Below, one piece after another: positions 49,443 through 62,344 of a stretch of DNA of 64,000 nucleotides (positions are counted from its first letter, which is position 1; each line of letters begins with the position of its first letter). The DNA is from Batkoa obscura (taxonomy: Eukaryota). Under the pieces are notes generated by a model. The model had not been told where the DNA came from and ran no database searches. It was given only the letters and a program-made list of their open reading frames with translations. Made by a program: the position numbers and the translations under genes. The DNA lies in the NCBI GenBank assembly GCA_030770535.1, contig JASVEC010000016.1, positions 868,001 to 932,000 of the forward strand, in the 5' to 3' direction.

Positions 49443-50825
49443 TTACATGATAATTTGAGGCTCAGTGATGTTATCTGAGATTGACTTATGAGGCAAGATA
49501 CGTCCACCATTGATGAAGATTTCATCTTTAACTGTGACGTCTTCTCCGAGTACTGAAACACCTTCAAGTCGGCACTAAAAAACCAGTTACTAAAATTATA
49601 CTTAACATGATATTGAACTTACCCAGCGTCCAATAGTGGAATGCCATCCAACAATGGAGCTGTATACCCACGAGTGGTCTTTGATTTTGGCTCCCTCTAA
49701 AATGACGCAACGTTGCAAACGGACACCATCACCAATTACAACATTTGGGCCAATAGTAACATTAGGACCAATGCGGCATCCCTTGCCGATCTTAGCACTA
49801 GGATCAATAAGAACATTACCGACAACGTAATCTTCACTTGAGCTTGCTAACAAACTAGATTGCTTTTTAGCTAAGCTAGAAAGATATAAACAAGTTCCAG
49901 TAAGGAAATCCTTTGGCTGACCTACGTCCATCCAAAAGCCTTCTAATTCAAAGGAGTGTAGTTGCTTATCACCAGCCATGAATGGGAATACTTCTTTTTC
50001 GATTGAAGTTGGCTTTAACTATAAACAATTGTAAACAAATGTTATAAATATATATAGTAGTAAATTACTTCAATACGATTAAGTATTTTTGGTGAGAATA
50101 TATATATACCTGCATTGATTTTGTTACTAACAAACTCAACGGGTTTCTCAACAAAAGAATGAATGGTTGAGCTATCTGCTTCATTAACGATAACACCATA
50201 TTTAGAAGGTTCTTCAACGCGTGTTACCTGACATTTTTTGTTAATTTTTTTTCATGACAAAATTTAATAAGTTTACGGCAATAGTGCCTTCACAGCCATG
50301 TGCGGTGTGGAAATCCCGTAATTTTTCAAAAGGAAAGTCACAGATAATATCACTATTTAATACAAAGAAAGGAGAATCGTCTTGACCAAGGATTTCACGA
50401 GCAAGTGCAAGTGGACCAGCTAAAAAAGTTAGTTAAAATCAAACTAAGTTAACTTAATATTACCTGTGCCTAATGGCTCAGTTTCGACAGAAAAAGTAAT
50501 ACGAATATTATACTCTTTTTCATATTTTTGTAATACAGCTACCATAGTCTCCGGACGATAGTTAACTGCAAGTACAACATCAGTTACACCAGCCTAAAGT
50601 CATCAGTTAGTATTTGCTTTACTTCAGCTGATATATATTTCAACTTACTTTGACTAAACCTTCGATTTGATGTAAAATCATAGGTCTGTTAGCAAACTCC
50701 ACCAGGGGCTTGGGTAAAGATAAGGTAAGAGGTCTAAGACGAGTACCGAAACCTAAATACTGTTAACAAATATTTACTATGTAGTAGTACAAAATATTAC
50801 CACCGACTAAAATAAGAGCTTTCAT
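49443..50825 (-). CDS. PSA1: GDP-mannose pyrophosphorylase (mannose-1-phosphate guanylyltransferase)
   Basis: '[19 protein letters not shown]', '[12 protein letters not shown]', hexapeptide repeats, ends 'EPQIIM'. Confidence 0.97.
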
Positions 50826-51519
50826 TTTCAATTACTATGTTATAAAATTAAATTTTAAAAGTTTTTCGCTTGGAATTTATTCCTTTCTTTTATATCCTTA
50901 AATTGTCAATCTAATTCTTTGAAGTGCCATTGAATTATTTGCTTATCATTGGCTGAGTTCTTACTATCCCATATACCTCTGCCACTATTTAAATTTGTAT
51001 TCAATATACTATAGCCAATGGTACCTCTTGAGTAAGCAAAATTTAAAAGGCTTGCAATCAAATTGAAGCCCATCAAATAGCTTAAAGATGTTGGTAATTG
51101 GCTCTAATATTTATTAATAAATAAAGTTATAAACAGAATTATTAAAGTATTTTTAATCAATGTTTTCATGTATTAGTCTATGTGCTGCTCTTTTATTGGT
51201 ACAATCAGGTTTTAATTCTGGTCTTGATTTATTTTTAGCCTTTCCATTTTCAAGGCTATTATAATCATGGTTTTTATTCTTCATTATGATTGGTTATTTT
51301 ATAATGCTTTCGGGAATTTAGAACCCTAGTACTTGATAGTTGAGTGATTTATCATTGTTCTATTATATATTATATCATTTCACAAACTATAAAGTTTATT
51401 AATATTCTAATATAACCAAGGCTACCAACTTCTTAATTTTATTCTATAAGTAAAAGGGCATGGAAAGATATAGTTTATGTTATATATATATAAAAATACT
51501 AAGAATAAGGCTTAACTTT

Positions 51520-51924
51520 AAAGACCGGAAAATCTTTCTATTTTTTGTTCACCTTTAAACATTTAGAAGATGAAAAATTTAGTAGATAAATTCTTAAATA
51601 GGAAAAACATGCTTACGTACAGTGGGCTTTGAAAGGGGACTCAAAAAAATCCCTAATGTTTATTTCAAGCTAAAATCTATTAATTGATAAAAAATACTTT
51701 AAACTATTCAAAACTGCATATAGGGATATCCATTTTGGTTCCATTTATTTTCACCTTTAAGCACTATTAAGTGGAAAATTTATTAGTAAAATTCTTAAAA
51801 AACAAAAACATCTTCAAATAAAGATGGCTTATATAGAGGTGTTCTTGTTTTCACTTTTTTCTTTTTTCAGTATTATTGAATGGAAAAAATGTTATAAATT
51901 TTTTGAACAAAAAAGACATCTACA
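51520..51924 (-). mobile_element. Cluster of three degenerate MITE family A copies (~51520-51610, 51721-51816, 51834-51924)
   Basis: Recurrent 'gaaaa.tt...agta.aattcttaaa...aaaacat' core. Confidence 0.65.
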
Positions 51925-52247
51925 TGTATATTTTACTATTAAACATTATAATAAAGCTTTATCTTAATAAACTCTAATAAAATCATCTACAAAATTATTT
52001 ACATTAAAAAAATATAAATTATTACAACTTATATTTTAAATAATTTAAAAATAGATTAAAAATAGAATATTATATATTTTAAATTTAATAGTGCTTTATT
52101 TGATTTATCTAAAATTTTAATATTGTATAGGCCCTTGCTAAAGATCTAAAAATCTAGTTATTAAATATTTTCTATTTACAAAATTTGTTATAGTTTATCT
52201 ATAGTAAAATTAGTTAAATAGCTTATAACTATTTTTATATTAAAATA

Positions 52248-52342
52248 TGAGGGTGTATTTTCTTGTTCAAGAATTTTACTACCAATTTTTCCGCTCAAAT
52301 AGCGTTTAAAAATGGAAGAAGTTAAACTAAAAAATACCCTTA
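52248..52342 (+). mobile_element. MITE family A copy
   Basis: TA-TGAGGGTGTATTT...AAATACCCTTA-TA. Confidence 0.8.
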
Positions 52343-52375
52343 TATTTATATTATTAGCGTATATTGAATTTGGGT

Positions 52376-52462
52376 CAGTGTAAACTGCGAACTATTTGCC
52401 CAATTAACAATAATTATGGAAAAACTATTAGTGGTTGGGCAAATGGTTCTTAGTCTTTACTG
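52376..52462. mobile_element. 87-bp inverted-repeat element with CAGT ends (family C)
   Basis: Arms cagtgtaaactgcgaactatttgcccaa / ttgggcaaatggttcttagtctttactg. Confidence 0.6.
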
Positions 52463-53229
52463 GTTTGCAAGTTTAAATACACATTATATCTTTTTGGTTT
52501 CATCTACTTGTCCGTTTTTTTGAGTACCATTGAGCAAAAAATTGTTAGTAGGATTTAAATAAAAATACATATTTGCACATTATAATTTCATACTTGTATA
52601 TATTAACTTACACTTTTTATATCGTTATCATTCAATTATGGCACCATAAAAAACAAAGATTAATATGTTTATAATGCCCCTAGTATTTTATGTTGATACT
52701 GTGTTTAAACATTAATTTTGATAATAAAACGTAAACAAATATTTAAAAAAGTAATTTTTTGATATATTCGATTTCAGAAGTAATAACTGACGTTTTATAT
52801 TATTTTTAATTGTATTAAAATACTTGATACATTAAAGTGAGCCAGAGTTGCTGTGACAATTTTTATTTTTCTATATTTGTTTCTGTTTTAATATATCGGA
52901 TTTTCCAAAAATGTATTTTTTTATTATACAATTCAATATCGTAGATTAACTTAATTCTAGAGCACTATAGGTATATTAAGCTCCAATCTGTTAACAAAAT
53001 AAGTTATCTTCAGTTTACTTGTACCTATTTGTATAACTTGCAATTTATTAAACTAAAGCAAAAGGTGTATCGAAATGTTTAGACCATATAATAAACAAAG
53101 CTTAAAATCAGCTTAATTTTTTATTAGCTGCTTAACTATCAGTTATTTATTATAAAACTTAATTTCAATACTATTCATCAAAACACCAAAGATAAGCTTA
53201 TCAAATCGTTAATATTCGTATTTTCAGTG

Positions 53230-56200
53230 TTATGTATAATTTTTTAAACTATCTTCCATCTCCATAGTTTGATAGATGGTTATAGGTTTACTAAAAAAAT
53301 GTTAACTATTTATTCATATATAGTATGGTAATAAACTTACATATCTCCATTTTTAAATGCAGCTAAACTTAAAATCCTAGATTTCTCTCCTAACCTTGAT
53401 CGGGTCAATGTACTGGGTGAGAAATACGCCACAGTATCCAATTTAAAATTATGCTGTTCAAGCACGCAATTGATAATTAGTGGCGTAAGCATTTGGCATC
53501 TTTCTGGTTCCAACGCGCCTGGATGATTGTTTTTGATTTCAACCATTAATAATATTCTCTCTGCATCCAAAAGTCCAATCATAGCACCCCCAGAGACAAT
53601 TTGAGAATGACAAGCTTCAATTGACTGTTCAACATCAAATGTAAAATGAGAAATACCATCTACATCAAAGGTTTGATCCATTGGCCCTAATACATACAGC
53701 AAGGGTGATGTTGCAATAATTTCTTCAATAGGGCGAGTATCATGACGTATATCAGGGTACAAGAAACCAAGGTCTCCAGTTCGTACATAAAATAGAGAAG
53801 GGTCACCACCCTGTATCTGTGCTCCAAACCTAGATGCTTCAAACTCATTTGAAGGAAAATATAAACCATCTGAAACGGAATCACTGGATATCCATATCTC
53901 ACCTATCTCATTTAATTGGCATACTGTTGATGTTACTGGGTTCACTATGGCTACCATTGTGTCTCTACTTATACGACCAGAATCAAGAATACGCAATCCT
54001 GGTTCGTTATCTTCTAAGGGACGTACACGTCCCATCCTAAGCGAGGGGAAATGTAAATTAAGTTCTAAACTTGCTTGGCCTAGATGAGCACGATGACTAA
54101 TTAATGTGTGAAAGGGTGTTGTATAAGATTGAGCAAAGGCAGAACTATCCAATTTACTTCCTAAAGTCAAGGTCATGGCTAATTGTATTATGCTTTCATC
54201 TGGTCTAGATTCCATAGGTATCAATAAACACCTTAATCTACTTAGAGGATAATTTTGGAATTCGGATTGAGAAATAGATGTTGTTGCATGTTTAATCATA
54301 GGTGGAGTAGCATATGAAGCAACACAGCCGTTATTACCTATCAAATTAAACCATGATTTAGGTGAATAAGCAAAATCCGATTGATCGAAATGAATGGTAT
54401 GACAACCAACATAGATGCCAAGTAAGGCAAAATGTAGGAAGCCAATTCCATTATAAACCCTAGCACAAGTCACTAGAGGACGAGAGGCTGTCAACCCGAG
54501 CTCATATTTATGAAGTTTACATTGATGAAGAAGAGAAGGGGCATTAAAAGAAATACACTGTCTTTCCATATCAGCAGAGAAATACAGTAACACTAACACA
54601 CCTAATACACCAGTGTAAAGCCCTTCCAATCTAGCTTTACTTTTTGGAATTTTAGTGACATTTACTAGTGGTGGAAGTACAAATCCTGGCTTATTTTTAA
54701 ACATGGCTTGTATCCCTTTATTCTTCAACCTTTCTTCTGTTACTGGATTAACTAATATTAATTTGATTTTGAAATCAATAATCAGCTTTTGTAATGTAAG
54801 TATCTCTTCCTTAATTCTTGTATTATCAAAGTCCCAATAAGGTATGACTACCATGTTAGCAGCAAGTGCGGCATGAACACTAGTGAGATAATCGAGTCCT
54901 GGTGGCATAAGTATAAGAATAGGTGATTGTGCTGGTATTTTTTGAGTAACAAGGTAGTGAGCAAGCGTTAACACTTTCATATTAATCTTTGAGAAACTAA
55001 GTGATTTGGATTCCTTTCCTTTTGTATCCACGATTGAAAAAGCAGGGTCACTTCCCATTGCAGTAGAACGCCATTGTAGTAATTGAGTAATTGATTTAAA
55101 GCCTTCTAAATCTGAACCAAATCTTTCATCAATTGCAGGTGGGATAATTTCCATTCCAGTATGCTGAGCAATTTTATAATAAGCATCCTCCTCATCATAA
55201 GAAAGCAATGAATCATGACTGGATGAAATATTTGAATGGATGGTAGTAAACAAGATTGGTAGTTCACCAGATAAAAGTAGTTTTCTAGTACGATGATAAT
55301 TGATAATCTCAATCCCATTACGGAATCTACGTGGTAATGTACCTGGCTTAACCAAAAGTACGATGAATGGATTAATCTTATGAAACTCAGTACAATTTTT
55401 TCTTATGGATGATGAGATTAGTGATAATGCTTCTTTATCTGTTACTTTTGTCTCTGCTCCAACAACACAAGCTGGCAATCCGCGGGAAGTCACTTCAAAT
55501 ATAGTACAGTCTTCTACCTTATTTATAGTATTTAGTATGGTATTGGTGATATCTTCAGAATAATTGATAGTGATTGTAGGAATACGCGTATCTTGAATAG
55601 AATGTTGGGATCCTGGACTATGACTTGAAATTAAATCCTGAGTGTGGATAAGTTGATTCAACCAGCCAAATATGACAAGTTGCTGGTCCACTAAAGAGCC
55701 GGACAATCCAGTACGTAAAAACTCGCCTTCAAGAGGTTGTAAAGTATCAGGGAAAAAAGCCGTTGCCCTAAACTCTGTAGCTGTTAAAGTTGGCATATTC
55801 CAATACCCGCCACTTAAAGCAGGCGAATCTACCCATATCTCACCCACCATATCTGGTGAACACACTGTATTATCTATTGGGTTTACGATAATCACTGTAA
55901 CTTCTGGCATAAGATTACCAAAAGAAGTTGTTTTTAAAACATGTGGATCTACTTTATTCGTAATGATTTCAGCTGGTAATTGATTCGCCTCATATTGACG
56001 TATCCTTTGTAAGCTTAATATTTCCCTATCTAAATATAACAATCTTGGATCAATTTCTATGTCACTATGGTCCTGGTTACGTGGCTCCCCAATACTTACA
56101 ATCATACCACCATGATTGGTTAGACTACACACAGGGGCAAGTACATCCCAAGGATCTTTGCATCCAAAAGGATTAAGGAAGTTTTGTACTAAGTCTCTAT

Positions 56201-58886
56201 CAGCAGAAGTATCAGGCACAAGTGAATCAATCATTAGCATTTCTAGTGAATCTAAAGCTTGTGAGTCTGGGTTTCTAGTAGGATTGCCTTGATGATATAA
56301 AATTGTTTTTTTAAGTCCTGAATAATCGACCACTGTGTAATGAGCTGTTTACAAGGCATTTAATAAAAAGTTATAGCTTGAATTAGTGAATGCGTTACCT
56401 TTATATTTTGACAAGCAATTAAGAAATCCCTGAGGTAAATCAAAGATGGCACTGCTAACATAAATGGCATGTAGCCCACAAAAAGGAGCAATAAATCCCC
56501 CTAATAAAAGTCCCAAATGGGCTCTTGGCTCAATACCAATCACCAAATTTTTATTTCCGCTATGGCTTGTTTGGACTGGTAAATTTGGATTATTAGAATA
56601 ACTAGATCCATTTGGCAGAGGTGATCTTTCTGGGTATTTTGTATTAGCGAGGCTACTTCTAAGTGGAAGGAACTCCCTAAAAGATTGACACTGAGCCATA
56701 ATTGTACGATGGCTTATCCCAATTCCTTTAAGTTCTCCAGAAATATCTTTACTATACTCAATCATTGCTAAATCACTTAATGCTGCTGGGTCTTTAAATG
56801 CTATAAGTCTTTTCTTTTTGAATGTTTGTGTAATCGTCTCTGAAGGTCTTAACCACTCAAACTTATTTGTCCAATTATCTGCGTTTGAGCTACCTCCCTT
56901 AGAAATTGATTTATAGTTGGTTTCTGTTGATAAAACAGCAACAGAGCCCGAGTCATTGAGAATATACATCAAATCATCCAAAGTCTCAGTAACTACAATA
57001 GGTACAGCGACTAAACCCGCAATAAAGCAACCAAACACAGCAGCTAAAAACTCTGAAATTTCTACTTTACGAAAGAATAAGCCAATCCTACTTCCACTAG
57101 GGTATCTGACCCCCTTTTTATTAATTAGAAGTGAATAATACCTTTCTACTAAAAAATGAAACTTTTCCCAGCTTAAACTGCTAGCTTCTTTTCCTTTCGA
57201 ATCAATCACTGTATAAGCAATCGCTTTTGGGGTATTTAACGAACGATGATTTAATACTCCAATGACATTGGGGTAATTTGAAAGTGGCTTATTTTCATTA
57301 TAACCATAATATGATGATGATGCTTCTCTAGAGCCAATTGAGTTGTGACTTGAAGTGATTGAATTCCTACGCCTACCTCTTCCTACATCATACGAATTCC
57401 TACTGCTTTCATAATCAATATCAAAATTTCCTACTTTCTCATAACTTTGTGAAGAACCAATTCCATAACTTCCTTGTTCGCTATATCGGTTATTGGACAT
57501 TTCTAATTAAAATTTAAGCTTGATTAATCTAAAAATTTAACCTTTTATTGACTTGATTACCTCTAGATCCCCCATAATCCATCTTATCTGAATTTCTATA
57601 TCCCCCAGGCGAGTGATGTTGTGCATATGACTCACTCCTTGTATGCTGCATATTTCTTGGATAAATTGGACCTAAACAATGAGTTTTAGATACAAGAAGG
57701 TTAAATTGCTCTTACTTTCATCAATCGAATGAAAATGGGTAACTGGTCGGCGAGGTTCATTCCTATTATTTCCTTGATTATAGCGGTCCATCTCACTCAC
57801 TCCAGAATGATGGCGTTGATGTGAATTTGGTTTATATGGCTTTTCAAATCGAATACCTTCACTTGTACCTCTAGGCATAGTGCGAAACTTGGATTCTGTA
57901 GTCAAGTTGTTCATAGCATTATTGGCGTTACTGTTGGAGTAAGTTGGACTTATTCTACTTGGATTATTTGAATAAGTTGGCTTTGTAATAACTTCAAGTT
58001 TGGTTGTAGTTTGACCAAAGCCCCCATAATTATTATGCATTGAAATATCCTCACCAGATCGATACCTTGAGTTGGATTTAATGCTGTTTTTACTGGAGTA
58101 CTCTTGATTATGTTGGTCGCGGTTCGGCTTTACAGATGGTTCAAAATAAGCATTATTTTCAACAGGTTGCTGATCATAATAACTGTTATAAGATTGTTCG
58201 TGGTTTGATTTTATAGATGGTTCAAAATATTTATTCTTCTCAACAATTTGGTTTTCATGATAATTATTGTATGGTTGATCTAATAACTTCGCTTCTTTTG
58301 GTTTAGCTATTGTAGAGTGGTTCAAGTAATTTCCTTCATCTTGATAAAGATGGTTATTTGGATACCTATCATGATGGCCATTATTTCCTCCTTCATTTCC
58401 AATATAAGAGGGATTAATTTCATCAATCTGGTTAAAAAAGGAGTTAGTAGTAGATGGGTTATAGATTTTATCTTCAAACTGTTGTAAAGCTGCTTGAGGT
58501 TTAATGTTTAAATTGGAAAGGTTTTTCCCCACTTCATGCACTGGGTCATGGATCACAAGCTCTGTGGTATCATAGTTATTGTTATTTATATTACTATAAA
58601 TTGATTGGTTGATTGGAAAATCCATGGGTCCATTTTTGAGCTTTGGGCTATTCACTTTGATGATATCATTGTCACTTTCAATATACATTGGAGAATCGGA
58701 TTGAGCTATTTCTTCTTCTTGTTTTGGTAAATAATTTTGTAAAAGCTTATTTAATTTTTTATCAAATCCTTTTTTAGTGATATCCCCCTCTTCCAATTCC
58801 TTTTGTAATTCTTGGATTTCTTCTAATACATCGCTTGGTAAATCTAAATTTTGCGGGTAGCCTTGCATTGACAGTAACATACTCAT
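53230..58886 (-). CDS. DIP2/Cmr2/Cps1-family protein (DMAP1-binding domain plus two FAAL-like adenylation domains)
   Basis: 'ELEEGDITKKGFDKK' DMAP-binding motif; two AMP-binding-like halves each with 'GEIW' and 'RTG'; terminal 'RSRLGEK'. Confidence 0.92.
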
Positions 58887-59651
58887 CTACACTTTAAAAA
58901 ATCAATTTTTTTAGTTAAAATGGTTAACTTAAATTGGTGGTGTAAAGTGAGTTTTGAGTTTTTTTTGAAAATATAACGTACTGATGGTAAAAAATAGTGA
59001 TTTTTTTGACCTGATCTCATTTCAATAATAATATAGGTTATAAATAGAATCCTTTTTGAAATAAACTAAAATTAGATTAATTATTAGGACTTGTTAATTA
59101 AAATAGAACTTTCATAAATTAATCACATTTTAAAAGCTGCCTTTAAATAATCTTTTGAACTATTTATAAGTTTATTTTTGAATCTATTATAATACATTGA
59201 TCAGAGAAAGTATTTAATATAACTTTTTAATTTTAAACGTTTTTTCGAGTCAATATTCTAATTTTAAAAAGGTAAGGTTTATTTTAAAACCATTTATATT
59301 TGTTTTATAGCTAGTTACATTTAGATACCCTTATTTTTTAATTTGTTGTTAATATCTTTTGTAAGGAATCTACAGATGCTAGACAGCGAGTTAAACTACA
59401 AATTCATTGTAAAAGATAGTGGGAGCAAATTAAAAAAAGTACATAAATTTAACAGGTCCTATTGATATAACTTTAGCATTGTATAGCTGCTTCAACTGTT
59501 TTTGCGGACTGATTAGCAATAATTTTACAGTTTACTATTTCTAACTGATTCTTAGTTTATCATATATTTTGACAAAATTTGGTATATAATTTACTCTCAA
59601 ATTAATTGCCAAGTAGATCATAAAAGAACTGCAATAGCTATAATAAGCATA

Positions 59652-59751
59652 CGGGGATGTATTTTTATGTCTAAGAATTTTACTAATAAATTTTCCGCTT
59701 AAATAGCGCTTAAAAAATGGAAAAAATAATGAAGTAAAAAAAACACTCCCA
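59652..59751 (+). mobile_element. MITE family A copy
   Basis: TA-CGGGGATGT...ACACTCCCA-TA. Confidence 0.85.
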
Positions 59752-60047
59752 TATTATTTTCGAAAACTTTGAACTTCTAACAAATAGATAACAAAAAGTA
59801 GACAAATTTATTATTTAAATTAAAAATGTGTCCCTTTTAAAGATTAAATTGAAGCTTCAAAATGTGATTAAACGTACTTTATCATTTAACATAAAACAAA
59901 TGCTTAAGCAACTTAGTTATTAAATTAATATGGTAGATAGAATTCTACTTCTCTCAAACTTCAAAACTATTTTTTTCATTGCTTTTTTAAGATTCTAGTG
60001 ATTTAGTACTAAATTTTAGTGAAAATCTAAGTTTTGTAATAAGTAAA

Positions 60048-60147
60048 TGGGGATGTATTTTTGTATTTAAGAATTTTACTAACAATTTTTCCACATAAAT
60101 AGCGCTTAAAAAATGGAAAAATAATGAAACTAAAAAAAACAGCCCCA
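60048..60147 (+). mobile_element. MITE family A copy
   Basis: TGGGGATGT...ACAGCCCCA. Confidence 0.85.
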
Positions 60148-60524
60148 AATATTGATTTATAGTTTTTGAAATTTTAAACTATTAAAAAAACTATTCACAT
60201 AAGCAACATGATTTAATAGTTAACTTTATTTAGTTTTTTTAGTTTGGGACTTATTTTTAATAAATTTTTATATAAAGCTAGGTATAACAAAATGTTTAAA
60301 ATGAAATTTAAAAAAACAAAGAATATTATACAAATAAATATTTTTTAATAAATTATCAATTTTAATTAATTAAATAAGTGATAAAAAATAATATACAATG
60401 ATGCCTAAAATAGTTTTAAAATTTATCTAAAAATTAATTTAAATTTTAATATAATAAAGAGAAATATATAATATAGACATTTTTATTTACATTAGTTTTA
60501 ATAATTACTTATAATAATCCAGAG

Positions 60525-61187
60525 TTTGTGAAATCTGGTACTCAGGGTTTGGAGTCAAGAACAGCTATTGCTGGGTTAACTACACTATAAGTCGAAAGGT
60601 CTTACTTTATGTGACTAAGATAGACTTGAATTATGAGGAATAGCACGTAATAGGTTACAAGCTATATAAGACAAATATAATAGAGAATACTAATGTAAAA
60701 ATCTATGTAAAATACTATTAAGAAAACTTAGTGGCTTTATTAAATGTTCGAGATATCAAAGAATAATTAGTTAAAAAGCCTCGAAATACTATACTCTGTA
60801 AACTCTTTTATACTCTGAAAAGTATAAGTATCAAAATGAGAAGATAATATTCTTTGGGATGGAGCTAGAAATTCTCGTAGCAAATCAAAATAAGAACGTG
60901 GAACTGATTTTCTCTGAGCTCGAGAACACAACATCTTAGGCGATTGTTATGCTATAATTAACCATGGGACTGACAAAGCGATATTTCACACTTAATAGTA
61001 TTCTACATAGATTTTGCATTAGTATTGTCTATTATATTTGTCTTATATAGTCTGTAGCCTATTACGTACTATTCTTCATAATTCAAGTCTATCTTAGTCA
61101 CATACACTAAGACTTTTCGACTTATAGTATAGTCAACCAGGCAATAGCTGTTTTTGACTGCAAACACTGAGTACCAGATTTCACAAA
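60525..61187. mobile_element. 663-bp non-autonomous element with ~200-bp terminal inverted repeats (family B)
   Basis: 60525-60722 is the imperfect reverse complement of 60991-61187; second partial copy at 10222. Confidence 0.9.
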
Positions 61188-61359
61188 TATCAATATTATT
61201 TAAGTTATTAATAGTTAAGTTAATAAATAACCAAAAAGTAAATAATTGTAATAATAATTAAAAATTATTGTTACATTGCTTATATCACATAAGGATAGTT
61301 AATTATAGTCTAGGGATAACCACCCTTCCTATGCAGCTACTTATTAAATTAAAATAATA

Positions 61360-61458
61360 TGAGGGTATTTTTTTGACTTCATCGCTTTTTCCATTTTTAA
61401 GCGCTATTTGAACGGAAAAATTGTTAGTAAAATTCTTAAACAAAAAAATATATCCCCA
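61360..61458 (-). mobile_element. MITE family A copy
   Basis: TA-TGAGGGTA...TATCCCCA-TA. Confidence 0.85.
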
Positions 61459-61585
61459 TATATCAATAACATAATTATAATATTAAAATCATTTATTTAA
61501 TAGTAAATCTGTCATGTTAGCTATAGAACAGTCAATAGTAAATATTCAAAAATCAGATAAAAAACTGACTAATTGAATATTCACA

Positions 61586-61644
61586 TATTTTATATTTTAT
61601 ATTTTATATTTTATATTTTATATTTTATATTTTATATTTTATTT
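61586..61644. repeat. (ATATTTT)n heptamer tandem repeat
   Basis: About eight tandem copies visible. Confidence 0.9.
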
Positions 61645-61732
61645 GTTTTGGTTTGGCAAATAGTCTATTAGAAAAACATTTATTCTTATTATTTCAAAAA
61701 GAAATTAATATGATTTTATAAAAATTAACATA

Positions 61733-61832
61733 TGGGGATGTATTTTTGTGTTTAAGAATTTACTAATAATTTTTCTACTCAAATAATGCTTAAAAAATGG
61801 AAAAAGTAATGAAGCCAAAAAAAACACCCCCA
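61733..61832 (+). mobile_element. MITE family A copy (near-consensus)
   Basis: TA-TGGGGATGTATTTTTG...AAAAAAACACCCCCA-TA. Confidence 0.9.
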
Positions 61833-62241
61833 TATGCTATCAATAAAAAAGGATTTGTACTTGTTTAATATTAAGTTAATATTCAATGATTATAAATAAT
61901 ATTCAATTTCAATTAGTTAAATTTAAGTTTCAAAGTTCTACTCATTTTAACTTAAACTCAACAATTTTAATTTTGAAACGAACTATTTACTATTTAGTTA
62001 ATCGAACAAATAAATAAAATCATGTTAAAAACTAACTTAATAATCTCGTTAAACTTTAGATGAAATCAGTTTAGCAAAAAACTTGGAATATCAATTGAAA
62101 TTAAGTAACATCATCAAAAAACAAAATTTAACGAAGATGATCTTGAGAGTAATTAACTATAGGAATAATAAATGAGATTTTAAGAGATAATACAAATGTT
62201 CTATATCCAACTGAACAAACGACAAATAAGCCCAGAAGTAG

Positions 62242-62249
62242 TATAAAAA
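62242..62249 (+). promoter_or_regulatory. Putative TATA box of the repeat-protein gene
   Basis: TATAAAAA about 100 bp upstream of ATG 62345; weak evidence in AT-rich DNA. Confidence 0.4.
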
Positions 62250-62344
62250 GAAAGAAAAAATAGATTCAAAAGATTATTATCCTTATAATTTAATTCAATA
62301 GATATTATATTAACCTTTTAGAACTTAACACAATTAATAATAAC

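Noticed and set aside
58107..58260. Two-copy peptide repeat (YFEPSIKSNHEQ / YFEPSVKPNRDQ) in the DIP2 linker
   Set aside because: An ordinary local duplication in a disordered region.
53230..58886. DIP2 adenylation-like domains as an NRPS or tailoring enzyme for the neighbouring peptide precursor
   Set aside because: DIP2/Cmr2 is a conserved lipid-homeostasis protein with no condensation or carrier domains; adjacency alone is not evidence of a cluster.
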